A stretch of 64,000 nucleotides of DNA. Origin: an uncultured Phycisphaerales bacterium. GTDB lineage: Bacteria > Planctomycetota > Phycisphaerae > Tepidisphaerales > Tepidisphaeraceae. The translations under genes were made by a program, and so were the position numbers. The notes below the pieces were generated by a model. That model saw only the letters and a program-made list of their open reading frames with translations. It did not search any database and was not told where the DNA came from. The stretch spans positions 2,656,001 to 2,720,000 of the forward strand of contig CAVWLP010000002.1 in the NCBI GenBank assembly GCA_963755915.1. The letters are read 5' to 3'. This document shows positions 63,956 through 64,000 of the stretch, in pieces. How positions within the stretch are numbered: position 1 is the first letter of the stretch; each line of letters begins with the position of its first letter.

Positions 63956-64000
63956 GGCGTAAATAGATAAAAGGAGAGATTAATCATGCCAAAAATGCGA

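Noticed and set aside
63849-64000. Duplicated RBS/start (AAAGGAGA..ATCATGCC) with a 9-codon ORF before a gene starting at 63986
   Set aside because: The downstream gene is cut by the window edge, so a leader function cannot be judged.

Overview
GC-rich bacterial chromosome segment, most consistent with a Planctomycetota (Phycisphaerae-like) genome. This taxonomic call is an inference from the membrane-anchored ECF sigma factors with long C-terminal extensions, a C-terminal CxxCGYDLRA..RCPECG protein and the intergenic repeat families. Many genes, including housekeeping ones (eno, ispE), have single-base frameshifts that look like long-read sequencing errors, so several calls are stitched across frames. 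Contents in order: end of the rplA-rplJ-rplL operon; an ECF sigma factor; a ~10 kb divergent cobalamin-dependent methyl-transfer cluster (3060-13119) whose last stop codon overlaps that of a GH115 alpha-glucuronidase; a TPR-glycosyltransferase/DUF6065-like/ParB-like group; ilvB with a Val-rich leader peptide; ispE; bioD; a two-component locus with an internally deleted CHASE3 kinase; eno followed by an FtsB/DivIC-like gene; CCA-adding enzyme; rdgB; a dispersed arginine-to-putrescine pathway; galM; two interlocked IS4 elements; GH28; a second ECF paralog; SDR; non-heme haloperoxidase. The methyl-transfer cluster encodes a UroD-family methyltransferase, corrinoid protein, RACo activator, MetH-reactivation-like protein, homocysteine methyltransferase, MetF-MetV fusion, pterin methyltransferase and amidohydrolase. 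Lead hypothesis: this cluster plus GH115, which share a LacI-type operator-like site, form a B12-dependent 4-O-methylglucuronate demethylation system feeding methyl groups to methionine and folate. A 24-bp mini-element that inserts inside other repeats is also notable.
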